Source: an uncultured Acidimicrobiia bacterium
Lineage (GTDB): Bacteria; Actinomycetota; Acidimicrobiia; Spongiisociales; JAOTWH01
Assembly: GCA_964347285.1 (NCBI GenBank)
Contig: CAYFYE010000007.1
Location: 1 to 50,308 of the forward strand
Length of the DNA: 50,308 bases
Reading direction: 5' to 3'
This document shows, piece by piece, positions 18,023-27,141 of the stretch (positions are counted from its first letter, which is position 1; each line of letters starts with the position of its first letter). Under the pieces are notes generated by a model, which saw only the letters and a list, made by a program, of their open reading frames with translations, had not been told where the DNA came from and ran no database searches. Position numbers and translations under genes: made by a program.

Positions 18023-19222
18023 TCATCGTTGTGGGGCGCCCGCCAGGATCCAGTCGCGCACTGCCTCGATCTCGTCCTCGGTCAACTGGGCGGGATGGCC
18101 TCCGGCGACCTGTGTAACCAGCACCTGGCTCTGCTCGGGCTCACCGGCTACGATCCCCGGTCCGCCGGCGCCACCGGCGATTGCGGCCTCATAGGAGCTG
18201 AGATCGAGGCCGGCGGTGGCGTTGGCCGAACCGTGACACACGCCGCACTTCTGCGAGAACAGCTCGGCAAATTCGCCGTCCCAGGTGGCGGCCGCAGAGG
18301 GCGCCACCGTCGTAGCTCCGGGTGCCGTCGAAGTGGTCGTGGTGCCGGGCGAAGTCGTGGTCGGTGCCGGAAGGGTCGTTTCCGTGAGGGGGGCGAACAC
18401 GGTGACCGGCTCGGCAGGCTCGATGGTCTGAATGGCGGTCTCCTCGAAGCTCACGAACAGCCAGATGCCCGCCAGCATGATCCCGGCAAAGGCCCCGTAG
18501 GCCGGCAGGTATCTGCGACGACGCTGTATCCGCTCTTCGGGATCCGTTCGGCCTCCCGACTCCCCTGCCTTTATGGCGGCCAGCTCGAGGGCGTGCTCTT
18601 CGAGCATCTCCTCCCGGGAGATGTACCCGGTGAAGATCGTGGTCTTGAAGGTTCTGATGTGCACGTGGTAAATGTGCCAGACGACGATCGCCAGCACGGC
18701 CAGCAGCGCTTCGCCGCCGTGGATGGCCCTGGCGGCAGGGATGAACTCCCCCGGGAGGAATCGGGCGCTGGCAATGGGGTTCCACAGCAGGAAGCCGGTG
18801 ACGATCATGATGACCGTTCCCCATACCAGGGACCAGTACTCGATCTTTTCCTCGAAGGTGAACCTGCCCTGCTCGGGTCTGCGGTCGCGCCACCCCAGGT
18901 TGTAGCCGAGCGACTGCCAGGCGGCCCGCAGATCGTCGACCCCGGGGATCATTGCCCGGGGGGTGCGGAGGACGTAGGCACGGTATCCGGCAACCCCGAA
19001 GTGATACACGACCGCCACCATGAGGATCGCGGAAAAGACTCGGTGGATGATGCGGACGGCCTCGATGCCTCCGAGCAGGTCGATGATGGCCTGCGAAAAA
19101 GACGCAGCGTGATACCGCTGCACCAGACCGGTGACCGCCAGCGGGACGAAGGTCCCGATCTGGACCCAGTGCTCGGCCCGATCCGAGATCGAGAAGCGTT
19201 TGTAGCGTTGAGCCTCAGTCAC
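18023..19222 (-). CDS. FdnI/HydC-type cytochrome b with a Thr-rich linker and a C-terminal monoheme cytochrome c domain
   Basis: RF...DRAEHW, RIIHR, GRFTFEEKIEYW, AIHGGEA, WHIYHVH; TTTSPGTTTTST linker; CGVCH. Confidence 0.85.
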   Translation of the reverse strand: MTEAQRYKRFSISDRAEHWVQIGTFVPLAVTGLVQRYHAASFSQAIIDLLGGIEAVRIIHRVFSAILMVAVVYHFGVAGYRAYVLRTPRAMIPGVDDLRAAWQSLGYNLGWRDRRPEQGRFTFEEKIEYWSLVWGTVIMIVTGFLLWNPIASARFLPGEFIPAARAIHGGEALLAVLAIVVWHIYHVHIRTFKTTIFTGYISREEMLEEHALELAAIKAGESGGRTDPEERIQRRRRYLPAYGAFAGIMLAGIWLFVSFEETAIQTIEPAEPVTVFAPLTETTLPAPTTTSPGTTTTSTAPGATTVAPSAAATWDGEFAELFSQKCGVCHGSANATAGLDLSSYEAAIAGGAGGPGIVAGEPEQSQVLVTQVAGGHPAQLTEDEIEAVRDWILAGAPQR

Positions 19223-20387
19223 GGCGCCGCCTGCGATTGCGGAGGAGGCGCCTGCCGCCGTCGATGCTCACATAGGCGAGCATCGCCCCGATCACGACCG
19301 GAATGATGATCTTGTAGAAGAGCCTCGCCGCGAACACGAGCGGCGAGTGCTCGACGGTGGGCTGGTAGTGACTGAGCCAGGCGGCCGGAAAGTTCGTGGT
19401 GGCGTCGGGGTGACAACGCTGGCACGTTCCCAGCAGGTTCTCCCTGAAGACCGAGCTCCCGGGGTCCTCGGCGGGAACGATGTGGTGCACCCCGTGGCAG
19501 TCGATGCACACCGGCTTGTTGGTCTCCTGGTCCGGGGCGAGGTCCTCGAAGAGCAGCACCGTGGTGCCGTGGAAGTCGGCGATGTACGTCTCGAACACCT
19601 CCGTGCTGATCCCGTATTTGCCCATGAGTTCGGAGTCCGCATGGCATTCGGCGCAGATCTCGGGCGAGAACAGATGGAACGGCGAGTCGGTGGGACCCTC
19701 GACGCTGTGCACACCGTGGCAGTCGGTGCAGGTGGGAACGTCCTGGTTGTCCTCCTCGAACAACGCGGCGCCGTGGACGCTTTCGGCATAGAGGTCGTAG
19801 ATCTGGGAGTGACAGGCCCGGCAGGTCAGCGGGATCGCCGTGCTCGTTTCGCCGCGACGCACCACATCGTGGGAGCCGTGGCAGTCGGTACACACCGCGG
19901 CCTCCTGGTTCCCCTCTTCGAGGGCGTGGGCGTGGACGTTGTCGAGGGTGGCGGTGTACTCCGGCTCGTGACAGACCGAGCACGACTGGTAGAGGTCGAG
20001 GGTGAACTCGCGTCGTGACTGTGCCGTCAACGCAGGATGGGGGAAGCCTTCGATGTTGGTGTGGCAGAGGACGCAGGGCAGCTCCAGCTGGCCGTGCACG
20101 GACTTCTCGTAGGTGGTCCGATCGACCACTGCGTTGAGTATTTCTCCCGAGGGGAGGGGCACCTCCAGGCTCTCCACATCGTGGCAGCCCAGGCAGAACT
20201 CGTTGTCCCAGCGCTGATCCTCCTGGGCCTCCTCCTGAGCCGAGACTCCACCGCCCGGCCCCACAACCACGAAGAAGAACCCGGCCGTAACCGCGAGGAG
20301 CAGGCCCCCGATCGACCGGTGTTGCCGGCCCGCATTCGGGTTCCGGGCCGAACCGTGCCGTGATCCCTCAGGCGCGCTCCGTTCCAC
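19215..20387 (-). CDS. Nonaheme cytochrome c with signal peptide and C-terminal TM anchor (CbcL c-domain-like)
   Basis: CLGCH, CVLCH, CSVCH, CTDCH, CRACH, CTDCH, CAECH, CIDCH, CQRCH; recurring SVHG/NVH distal-His motifs; overlaps the cytochrome b start by 8 nt. Confidence 0.88.
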   Translation of the reverse strand: MERSAPEGSRHGSARNPNAGRQHRSIGGLLLAVTAGFFFVVVGPGGGVSAQEEAQEDQRWDNEFCLGCHDVESLEVPLPSGEILNAVVDRTTYEKSVHGQLELPCVLCHTNIEGFPHPALTAQSRREFTLDLYQSCSVCHEPEYTATLDNVHAHALEEGNQEAAVCTDCHGSHDVVRRGETSTAIPLTCRACHSQIYDLYAESVHGAALFEEDNQDVPTCTDCHGVHSVEGPTDSPFHLFSPEICAECHADSELMGKYGISTEVFETYIADFHGTTVLLFEDLAPDQETNKPVCIDCHGVHHIVPAEDPGSSVFRENLLGTCQRCHPDATTNFPAAWLSHYQPTVEHSPLVFAARLFYKIIIPVVIGAMLAYVSIDGGRRLLRNRRRRRD

Positions 20388-20421
20388 TACTGCCGACCGT
20401 ACCTCCGGCCTCGCGACCTGC

Positions 20422-20441
20422 TCAGGGCCGAGAGGCCCGAT
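20422..20441. promoter_or_regulatory. DosR/DevR-like palindrome upstream of the nonaheme/cytochrome b pair
   Basis: TCA-GGGCC-GAGA-GGCCC-GAT. Confidence 0.5.
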
Positions 20442-20584
20442 TGGGGCGGGACCTGTGGGTACCCATCGGCTGGTCGTCCTCGACCCGCCGACTGCTGCCG
20501 GTCGCCACGAGGCTCGGGGAAGGGAGAGGTCCCAGGGTTTCGCGAGAACTGCGAAACACTCCGGGACCTGCCCCTAGCCAGCGT

Positions 20585-20983
20585 TCAGCCGGTCCACTCG
20601 TAGGCGATCCAGTGGTAGTTCCGCTCGGCGTCCACCTCGTATTCGATGACCGTCGCGACGTTCATGAGTCGCTCCAGCTCCCCAGTCGCCTCTGGCCAGC
20701 TACCTGCTACTCCGAACTTGGCGGCCGGAGGCGCACCAACTGGCTTCCCGACACCGAAGCCTTCCCAGACGTACCGGCTCCCTTCGGCCGTCATGGCGAC
20801 GGTACGACCTTCTCCATAGAGCACGCCCGGTCGCCGAATCGTTTGGACATAGGTGCCGGCCTCGGAGATGTCGTGACCCAGGACCATGCCGCGGCCCTGG
20901 AACGATATCTCCAGCTTGCCTTCGGGAAGCACCCGAACGCCGGTGATTTGGCCGGAAGCCTCTCCAATCTTCTCCCCTTGCAT
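20585..20983 (-). CDS. Hypothetical beta-rich protein (132 aa)
   Basis: Clean ORF with GAGGTG RBS and protein-like composition; function not recognised. Confidence 0.7.
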   Translation of the reverse strand: MQGEKIGEASGQITGVRVLPEGKLEISFQGRGMVLGHDISEAGTYVQTIRRPGVLYGEGRTVAMTAEGSRYVWEGFGVGKPVGAPPAAKFGVAGSWPEATGELERLMNVATVIEYEVDAERNYHWIAYEWTG

Positions 20984-21371
20984 GACGTCACCTCTCGACG
21001 CGCGCTTCGATAAGCGGATACTTGGAAACTCACCCCCTCCCCGGGGCTATCTTCCGGGCGATCGCCCGATGCCCTCATGGCGCACGATGCCAGGGCGTTG
21101 CGGCACGTACTAGGGGCGAACGGCACTACAGATCGCTGATGGGGCGTGCCGCGCGGCGCGACTCTCCTCGACTTCCAGGGCTGGTCCGCAGCGCGGGCAG
21201 GTTGCCGGTTCCGCCGCCGCAACATGCCGCCGACGGGCGCGGCGCCGCCTTCGTGAGGCCGTGACGGCAGTTTCCCGCCCGCTGGAGTGCCGTCGCCTGC
21301 CAACCCCGCCCCGCGGCGCGAATGCCCGTCACCCATGGGCAATTCCAGCCGGGGGCGCGTAGTTTGCGGTT

Positions 21372-22364
21372 ATGGACCGACCCCGCCTCGATCTCGTCGC
21401 CTGGACGCCCCTCAAGGATCCGGGGCTCATCGGGAGCTTTGCCGAGAACACCCGCCTCGCGGCGTTGCTCCGCGTTCCCGTTCCCGGGGAGGGACCCGAG
21501 GACGTCGTGGTGGACGAGAACGGGCGCGTCGTCTACGGCCTCGTCGACGGGCGGATCCTGTCCTCAGCGCCCGACGGCTCCGACCACCGGCTGATCGCCG
21601 ACACCGGCGGCCGTCCCCTCGGGATCGAGGTCCATCCCGACGGCAGGCTGGTGGTGTGCGACGCTCACCGGGGATTATTGGCCGTCGCCGAGCGCCGCGT
21701 CGAGGTCCTCGCCGACAGTTTTGAGGGCGTCCCCTTCCGGTTCACGAACAACGCCGCCATCGGCGACGACGGCTCCATCTACTTCACCGACTCGTCGCAG
21801 CGCTTCGGCCTCGAGCACTACAGGGCCGACATCATCGAGCACTCGAACACGGGTCGGCTGTTCCGACGCCATCCCGACGGAACACTCGAAGTGCTCGCGG
21901 GCGGGTTGTCGTTCGCCAACGGCGTCGCCCTCTCCTCCGATGGGACTTCCGTGTTCGTCGCCGAAACGGGGGAGTACCGAATCAACCGCTGCCATCTGTC
22001 GGGCCCGCAGGAGGGGAGCATGGAGGTGCTCGTCGCGAACCTCCCCGGGATCCCCGACAACCTCAGCTCGACCCCGGCAGGGACGATCTGGGCGGCGATG
22101 TTCATGCCCCGCAACAAGCCCCTCGACGTGCTGTTGCCCCGACCCAGGCTGCGCGGTCTGGTGGCCAGGCTGCCGGAGAGCATGCAGCCCCAGCCGGTGC
22201 GCTACGGCTTCGTGGTGGGCTTCGACGAGGGGACGGGAGCGGTGACCCACAACCTCCAGGATCCGTCGGGCAGCTACGCGCCGATCACCTCAGTGCGCGA
22301 GCACGAGGGTCAGCTGTGGTTGGGGAGCCTCACCGAACCGGCGGTGGCAACGATCCCCCTTTGA
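21372..22364 (+). CDS. SMP-30/gluconolactonase (strictosidine synthase-like) beta-propeller protein
   Basis: GPEDV, TGGRPLGI, FTNN, IYFTDSS, FANGVAL, NLPGIPDN, ITSVRE motifs. Confidence 0.9.
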   Translation: MDRPRLDLVAWTPLKDPGLIGSFAENTRLAALLRVPVPGEGPEDVVVDENGRVVYGLVDGRILSSAPDGSDHRLIADTGGRPLGIEVHPDGRLVVCDAHRGLLAVAERRVEVLADSFEGVPFRFTNNAAIGDDGSIYFTDSSQRFGLEHYRADIIEHSNTGRLFRRHPDGTLEVLAGGLSFANGVALSSDGTSVFVAETGEYRINRCHLSGPQEGSMEVLVANLPGIPDNLSSTPAGTIWAAMFMPRNKPLDVLLPRPRLRGLVARLPESMQPQPVRYGFVVGFDEGTGAVTHNLQDPSGSYAPITSVREHEGQLWLGSLTEPAVATIPL

Positions 22365-22420
22365 GTTTCGCGGTGTCACGATCGGCGCCGTCTGTCCCTC
22401 AACGGTCGCGGCGCTGCCGA

Positions 22421-22444
22421 GGGTACTGGGTACTGAGTACTGGG
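22421..22444. repeat. Short heptamer tandem repeat
   Basis: GGGTACT-GGGTACT-GAGTACT-GGG. Confidence 0.6.
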
Positions 22445-22502
22445 AAAGATGCACGAGTCGGTCCTATCGGGTCCTAGCAGCTGCGCTGCGCTCCCTCGGG
22501 CA

Positions 22503-22565
22503 CCATTTCTCCCCCCAGCGAACGACATGGGGGGAGTCCGGCGCAGCCGGGAGGGGAAGAAATGG
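22503..22565. repeat. REP-like nested palindromic element
   Basis: Outer inverted repeat CCATTTCT/AGAAATGG; inner CTCCCCCCA/TGGGGGGAG and CCGGC-GCA-GCCGG hairpins. Confidence 0.55.
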
Positions 22566-22689
22566 CGCGTCGTCTTCTTGTCCCCTGGCCTCGGAAGGCG
22601 TCTCGAGGGTCGTCGCTCCTACGGGACGGCGAGAGAGCCCCAGAGGAACCGGGACCGGGGATCCCGGCCCGCTTCGCTACTGTCGGGCC

Positions 22690-23109
22690 ATGACCGATGA
22701 CCGGCCGGTTGGCCTGACCAGGGACGCCGGGTGGCAGATCGGCGTGCAGGCCACCGTTTCGGCCCCGCTGGAGGCGGTGTGGGACTACCTCACCGGCGAC
22801 GCCGGGCTCGACCGCTGGCTGGGGCCTGGGGCGCGTCCTGAATGGAAGAAGGGGAGTCGGTATCGGGCCGCCGACGGCACGGAGGGCGAAGTGCGCAGCG
22901 TTCGGCTTCACGACCGGATCCGCCTCACCCGGCGACCGCCCCGGTGGGACCACGACTCCACCCTTCAGGTGACGGTCCGCTCTACCCCGGGCGGCACCGC
23001 CATCCGCTTTCACCAGGAGCGTCTCGCCGGCGCCGAGGAGCGGGAGGCGATGCGTGCTCACTGGAGGGGAGTGCTCGCCGGTGTGGCCGAGGACCTGGCC
23101 GACGGTTAG
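22690..23109 (+). CDS. SRPBCC/AHSA1-like domain protein
   Basis: APLEAVWDYLT..GLDRWLG, RIRLT, TAIRFHQE, HWRGVL pattern. Confidence 0.8.
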   Translation: MTDDRPVGLTRDAGWQIGVQATVSAPLEAVWDYLTGDAGLDRWLGPGARPEWKKGSRYRAADGTEGEVRSVRLHDRIRLTRRPPRWDHDSTLQVTVRSTPGGTAIRFHQERLAGAEEREAMRAHWRGVLAGVAEDLADG

Positions 23110-23208
23110 CCGGGCGACCCGGCGCCCACCTCGGCATCCCAAATCAGCCCCATACCCCCCAGGTGGAGGCGCGCCCAGAAGAGCTCAAAACGGGAGGGTT
23201 GCCCGCCG

Positions 23209-23228
23209 ATAGGGGCTAATGCCCCTAG
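23209..23228. promoter_or_regulatory. DosR/DevR-like palindrome upstream of the nrfC/nrfD-like operon
   Basis: ATA-GGGGC-TAAT-GCCCC-TAG. Confidence 0.65.
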
Positions 23229-23270
23229 TCAACGCCCCCCCGTCTACCGCACGCTCCGCAACGTAGGCCC

Positions 23271-24425
23271 ATGGCGGCGAGGAGGCTCATGGGTACAGCT
23301 CGGCAAGCGCCCGTCGGCGGGTCCCGAAGGGCGTATCTGGTGGGGGCGGGTGCACTCGTCGTTGCAGTGGCCCTGGCGGTCTTGCTCTCGGGCGTCGGCG
23401 GGCCGGGGCTGGTTCTGCCGAGCGCGGCGGTTTTGCTGGCGCTGATAGCGCTGCTCTACAAGCGAGCCCGGCAGGCGGCTCCATCCGCTTCACAAACCCA
23501 CAAGAGCCTGCTGCGCCGGTTCGCCGGTGGTTCGAGGATCACCGATCGCCGCACGGCGCTCCGGCTGATCGGCATGTCGGCCTTGTTCGCCGGTCCGTTG
23601 CAGGCGGTCCCGCGGGTGCTCGAACGCGCACTCGGCCAGGAAGCCTCCAACGTAGTGGCCCAGGAGGACCAGCCGTTCTTCTTCCGCGTCCGCCAGTGGA
23701 CGATGATCATCGACCTCAGATTCTGTGACGGCTGTCAGAGTGTCGGCACGCCTCCCCGGTGCACGACGTCCTGTGTCGAGGGTCATCTGGCGCCGGCCCC
23801 CATGCAGTGGATCGAGGTATTCGAGGAGGAGCTGCCGGGTGAGGGCACTCGATTTCTGCCGACACCGTGCCAGCACTGCCAGAACCCGCCGTGCGTCAAC
23901 GTGTGCCCGGTGGCAGCCACGTTTTCCACGCCCGAAGGTTTGGTGCTCATCGACCAGGACCGCTGTATTGGCTGCCGCATCTGCATGGCGGCGTGTCCCT
24001 ACGATCGCCGGTTCTTCAATTGGGGCGACCCGCCCATACCTCCCGAGGCCCTCACAGCAGACTACGACCTGGAAGTACAGACGCCGGCCGTCAAGGGCAC
24101 CGTCATGAAGTGCGACTTCTGTCCCGACATGGTTCGGGCGGGCACGCTCCCCTATTGCGTGCAGGCGTGTCCGAATCAGGCCATCTACTACGGGGATCTC
24201 GAGGAGGACGTCGCCTCCAACGGCGTGAGCGTGGTTGCGGTGTCCAAGTTCGTGGCGGAGAACGACGCCTTTGTCCTCAAGGAAGAACTGGGCACCAAGC
24301 CGCGGGTGTTCTACATTCCCGGCCACGGTGAGGCGGTCGGACGCCTCACGACCGATGAGGGTCTGTTGCCGGTGCACTGGCCGTGGACGAGGCCCGTCGA
24401 GGGGAGCGACCAATGGAGCCGCTGA
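23271..24425 (+). CDS. NrfC/DmsB-type 4x[4Fe-4S] ferredoxin subunit with an N-terminal membrane extension
   Basis: WTMIIDL..CDGC-X8-CTTSC, PCQHCQNPPCVNVCP, CIGCRICMAACPY, KCDFC...CVQACP, LKEELGTKPRVFY. Alternative ATG at 23289. Confidence 0.88.
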   Translation: MAARRLMGTARQAPVGGSRRAYLVGAGALVVAVALAVLLSGVGGPGLVLPSAAVLLALIALLYKRARQAAPSASQTHKSLLRRFAGGSRITDRRTALRLIGMSALFAGPLQAVPRVLERALGQEASNVVAQEDQPFFFRVRQWTMIIDLRFCDGCQSVGTPPRCTTSCVEGHLAPAPMQWIEVFEEELPGEGTRFLPTPCQHCQNPPCVNVCPVAATFSTPEGLVLIDQDRCIGCRICMAACPYDRRFFNWGDPPIPPEALTADYDLEVQTPAVKGTVMKCDFCPDMVRAGTLPYCVQACPNQAIYYGDLEEDVASNGVSVVAVSKFVAENDAFVLKEELGTKPRVFYIPGHGEAVGRLTTDEGLLPVHWPWTRPVEGSDQWSR

Positions 24426-25768
24426 CCGACTGGCAGCGGCGACTCGAGGAAACGACCCTCGAACCGGCTCGGACGACTACCCGTGCCTACTACCTCGTCG
24501 TGGCCGGACTCATGGCGATCCTCGCCGTGGCCGTGTATGCCTGGTCGGTCCAGATTCGCGACGGCCTCGTGGTGACCGGCATGCGAGACCGCATCTCATG
24601 GGGCCTCTACATCACGATGTTCGTGTTCTTCATCGGCATCAGCCATGCCGGCACCCTCATCTCTGCCATCTTGCGGGTGTCCAACGCCACGTGGAGGACG
24701 CCGGTCACTCGCATGGCCGAGTTCATCACCACCGTGGCTCTGCTGACCGGTGCGCTGTTCGTCGTCGTCGACCTGGGTCGTCCCGACCGACTGCTCAGCG
24801 TCCTGGTGCACGGACGGTGGCAGTCACCGATCGTTTGGGATGTGCTGGCGATCTCCACCTACCTCGTGGCCAGCATGGTGTACCTGTACTTGCCGATGAT
24901 TCCGGACCTGGCCCTGTTCCGCGATCGGCTCAAGGGTCGAGTCTCGGCGTGGCGGATCTTCTGGTACCGGCACCTCGCCATCAACTGGAAGGGGACCGAG
25001 CGCCAGAAGTCCAAGCTGCACACGTCTATCTCGATCATGATGATCCTCATCATCCCGATAGCCGTGTCGGTGCACACCGTCGTGTCGTGGATATTCGCCA
25101 TGACGCTGCGGGAGGCGTGGAACAGCGCCATCTTCGGCTTCTTCTTCGTAGCGGGGGCCATCTTTTCGGGGATCGCCACGCTGATCCTCATGATGGCGAT
25201 CCTGCGGCGGGTCTATCGCCTCGAGGAGTACATCACCCAAAAGCACTTCCTTTACCTCGGTTACCTGATGGCGACCATGGCGGCGGTGATGATCTATGCC
25301 AACGTTTCCGAGTACGTCACCTCCGGTTTCAAGTTCGAGGAAGGCTCGGAGTTCATCTTTCGCCAGCTCTTCGTTGCCGAGTTCGCCCCGTACTTCTGGT
25401 TCTACTTCATCGGCGGCCTGATCGTTCCCATCGCGCTCATGGTGCTGCCACCGACGCGCACGATTTGGGGGGTCGTCGTCGCTGCGATCCTGGTGGATGC
25501 CGGGATGTGGGTGGAGCGTTACTTCATCGTCGTTACCGGTTTGCGAGCGCCGCTCATGCCGTACGAGCCCGCCAACTACGCCCCGACCTGGGTCGAGTGG
25601 ATGATCACCCTGGGCGGCTTTGCCTTCTTCGCCCTGCTGGTGACCCTGTTCGTCAAGGCGTTCCCGATCATGGCGGTGTACGAGATGACGGAGGAGCGTG
25701 AGAAGGTCACAGCCCCGGCGGTCGCCGAGCCGGTTGCCGGTACGCTTTCGGAAGGAGCACCGTCATGA
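24413..25768 (+). CDS. NrfD/PsrC/ActC-family quinone-interacting membrane subunit
   Basis: GLVVTGM, WGLYITMFVFFIGISHAGTLISAILR, TRMAE, DLGRPDR, SPIVWDV, VSVHTVVS, WVERYFIV, YAPTWVEW motifs. Confidence 0.92.
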   Translation: MEPLTDWQRRLEETTLEPARTTTRAYYLVVAGLMAILAVAVYAWSVQIRDGLVVTGMRDRISWGLYITMFVFFIGISHAGTLISAILRVSNATWRTPVTRMAEFITTVALLTGALFVVVDLGRPDRLLSVLVHGRWQSPIVWDVLAISTYLVASMVYLYLPMIPDLALFRDRLKGRVSAWRIFWYRHLAINWKGTERQKSKLHTSISIMMILIIPIAVSVHTVVSWIFAMTLREAWNSAIFGFFFVAGAIFSGIATLILMMAILRRVYRLEEYITQKHFLYLGYLMATMAAVMIYANVSEYVTSGFKFEEGSEFIFRQLFVAEFAPYFWFYFIGGLIVPIALMVLPPTRTIWGVVVAAILVDAGMWVERYFIVVTGLRAPLMPYEPANYAPTWVEWMITLGGFAFFALLVTLFVKAFPIMAVYEMTEEREKVTAPAVAEPVAGTLSEGAPS

Positions 25769-27141
25769 AACGCTGGCGTAGGCGGGCGATCTCGCTGACC
25801 GTCTTGGTGGGCGCGGCGTTGTCTCTACTCCAGGGAGGGGCGGCAGCCGACCATCTCGTGATCGAGCTCACTGCTCCCGAGGAGGCGACCCTCGGGGAGT
25901 CGCTTCAGATCACCGCCGCAGTGTACTGGGCGGAAGACGGAGAGCCCGCCGACGGGATACCGATAACGTTCTTCACCGATGCGGCATTCGCCGGGGTCAT
26001 CGGTGACGTCGAGCTGGGCACGGTCACCACCAACGAGATCGGGGTGGCCACGTTTCCGGTCTCCTTCTTGGTCAGCCGTCAGCACACGATCCGTGCCGAG
26101 GCAGTGGCTCAACCGGGTGCCGAGCCGGAATCGGTCACGGTCCCGGTTCTGGCCACCCGGCAATTGGTCACGTCGGAGGCCGGAATTCGGATCCCCGGGA
26201 TCGGAGGCTGGCTGCTGGTGGTCCTCATCGGCTCCGTTTGGGCGATCATGATCTTCGCCGCTTTCCGGGTCGTCGTGGTTTCCCGGGCCCATGAGGAAGG
26301 CAGGGGCGTCTCCGACGCGCTGGCCGAAGGTCGCCGGGAGGGATGGGCCAGCAGGCACCACTTCAATCTGGCGGTGCTGGTGGCCGGGATCATGATCGTG
26401 CTGAGCCTCGGCTTGCTGGTTCTCCTGGTGAGAAGCCCCGATACCCATGCCAACCTCAACCCGGAGGGCTACGACCGCACCGTGGTGGCCTATACCAACG
26501 CCTCCTATCTGTATCCGGGGCCCGGACTCGCCGCAGGCAGCTTCACTGGGGATCTCGTGGAGGACGGTCGGCTCTTGTTCGTGAGCAAGGGCTGCGCCGG
26601 GTGTCACGGTCTCGAGGCCGAGGGCGCTGTTGCCGCGGCGTCTCCCGCGCTGGTCAGCCGGGACTGGCTCGGCGATGTGGTTCGCTCGGGGATCCGGGGG
26701 CTGATGCCGTCCTACTCCGAGGTCGAAGTGAACGAGCCCGGACTCGACGCCATCTACGCGTTCTTCGAGGAAGCTCGCCAGGCCCTCGAGGCGGAGTCCC
26801 CCGCAACAACGGTGGGCGAGCCCGAGGCGACGGCTCCCCTCGCTGCGCCCGAGGAGCACCCGACCCCCACCTACACCGACGATGTCGCGCCGATCTTCCG
26901 GGCTCAATGCGTCGTGTGCCATGGGGACGCCGGTGGGTGGAGCGCCGCCGACTACCAGTCGGTGATGACGAGCGGGGACCACGGCCCGACGGTGGTGCCG
27001 GGCCGCCCGGAGGAGAGCTTGCTGGCCCAGAAGATCCTGGGAACCCAGACCGAGGGAGCGCTGATGCCCCCGGGCGGGCGGCTATCCGACCAGGACATTC
27101 ACACGATCGTTGACTGGATCCTGGGCGGAGCTCCGGAGTGA
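25765..27141 (+). CDS. Membrane diheme cytochrome c (signal, Ig-like beta domain, 2 TM, two c domains)
   Basis: KGCAGCH...LMPSY and CVVCH...LMPP (planctomycete cytochrome c-like); ATGA coupling to the nrfD-like gene. Confidence 0.8.
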   Translation: MKRWRRRAISLTVLVGAALSLLQGGAAADHLVIELTAPEEATLGESLQITAAVYWAEDGEPADGIPITFFTDAAFAGVIGDVELGTVTTNEIGVATFPVSFLVSRQHTIRAEAVAQPGAEPESVTVPVLATRQLVTSEAGIRIPGIGGWLLVVLIGSVWAIMIFAAFRVVVVSRAHEEGRGVSDALAEGRREGWASRHHFNLAVLVAGIMIVLSLGLLVLLVRSPDTHANLNPEGYDRTVVAYTNASYLYPGPGLAAGSFTGDLVEDGRLLFVSKGCAGCHGLEAEGAVAAASPALVSRDWLGDVVRSGIRGLMPSYSEVEVNEPGLDAIYAFFEEARQALEAESPATTVGEPEATAPLAAPEEHPTPTYTDDVAPIFRAQCVVCHGDAGGWSAADYQSVMTSGDHGPTVVPGRPEESLLAQKILGTQTEGALMPPGGRLSDQDIHTIVDWILGGAPE

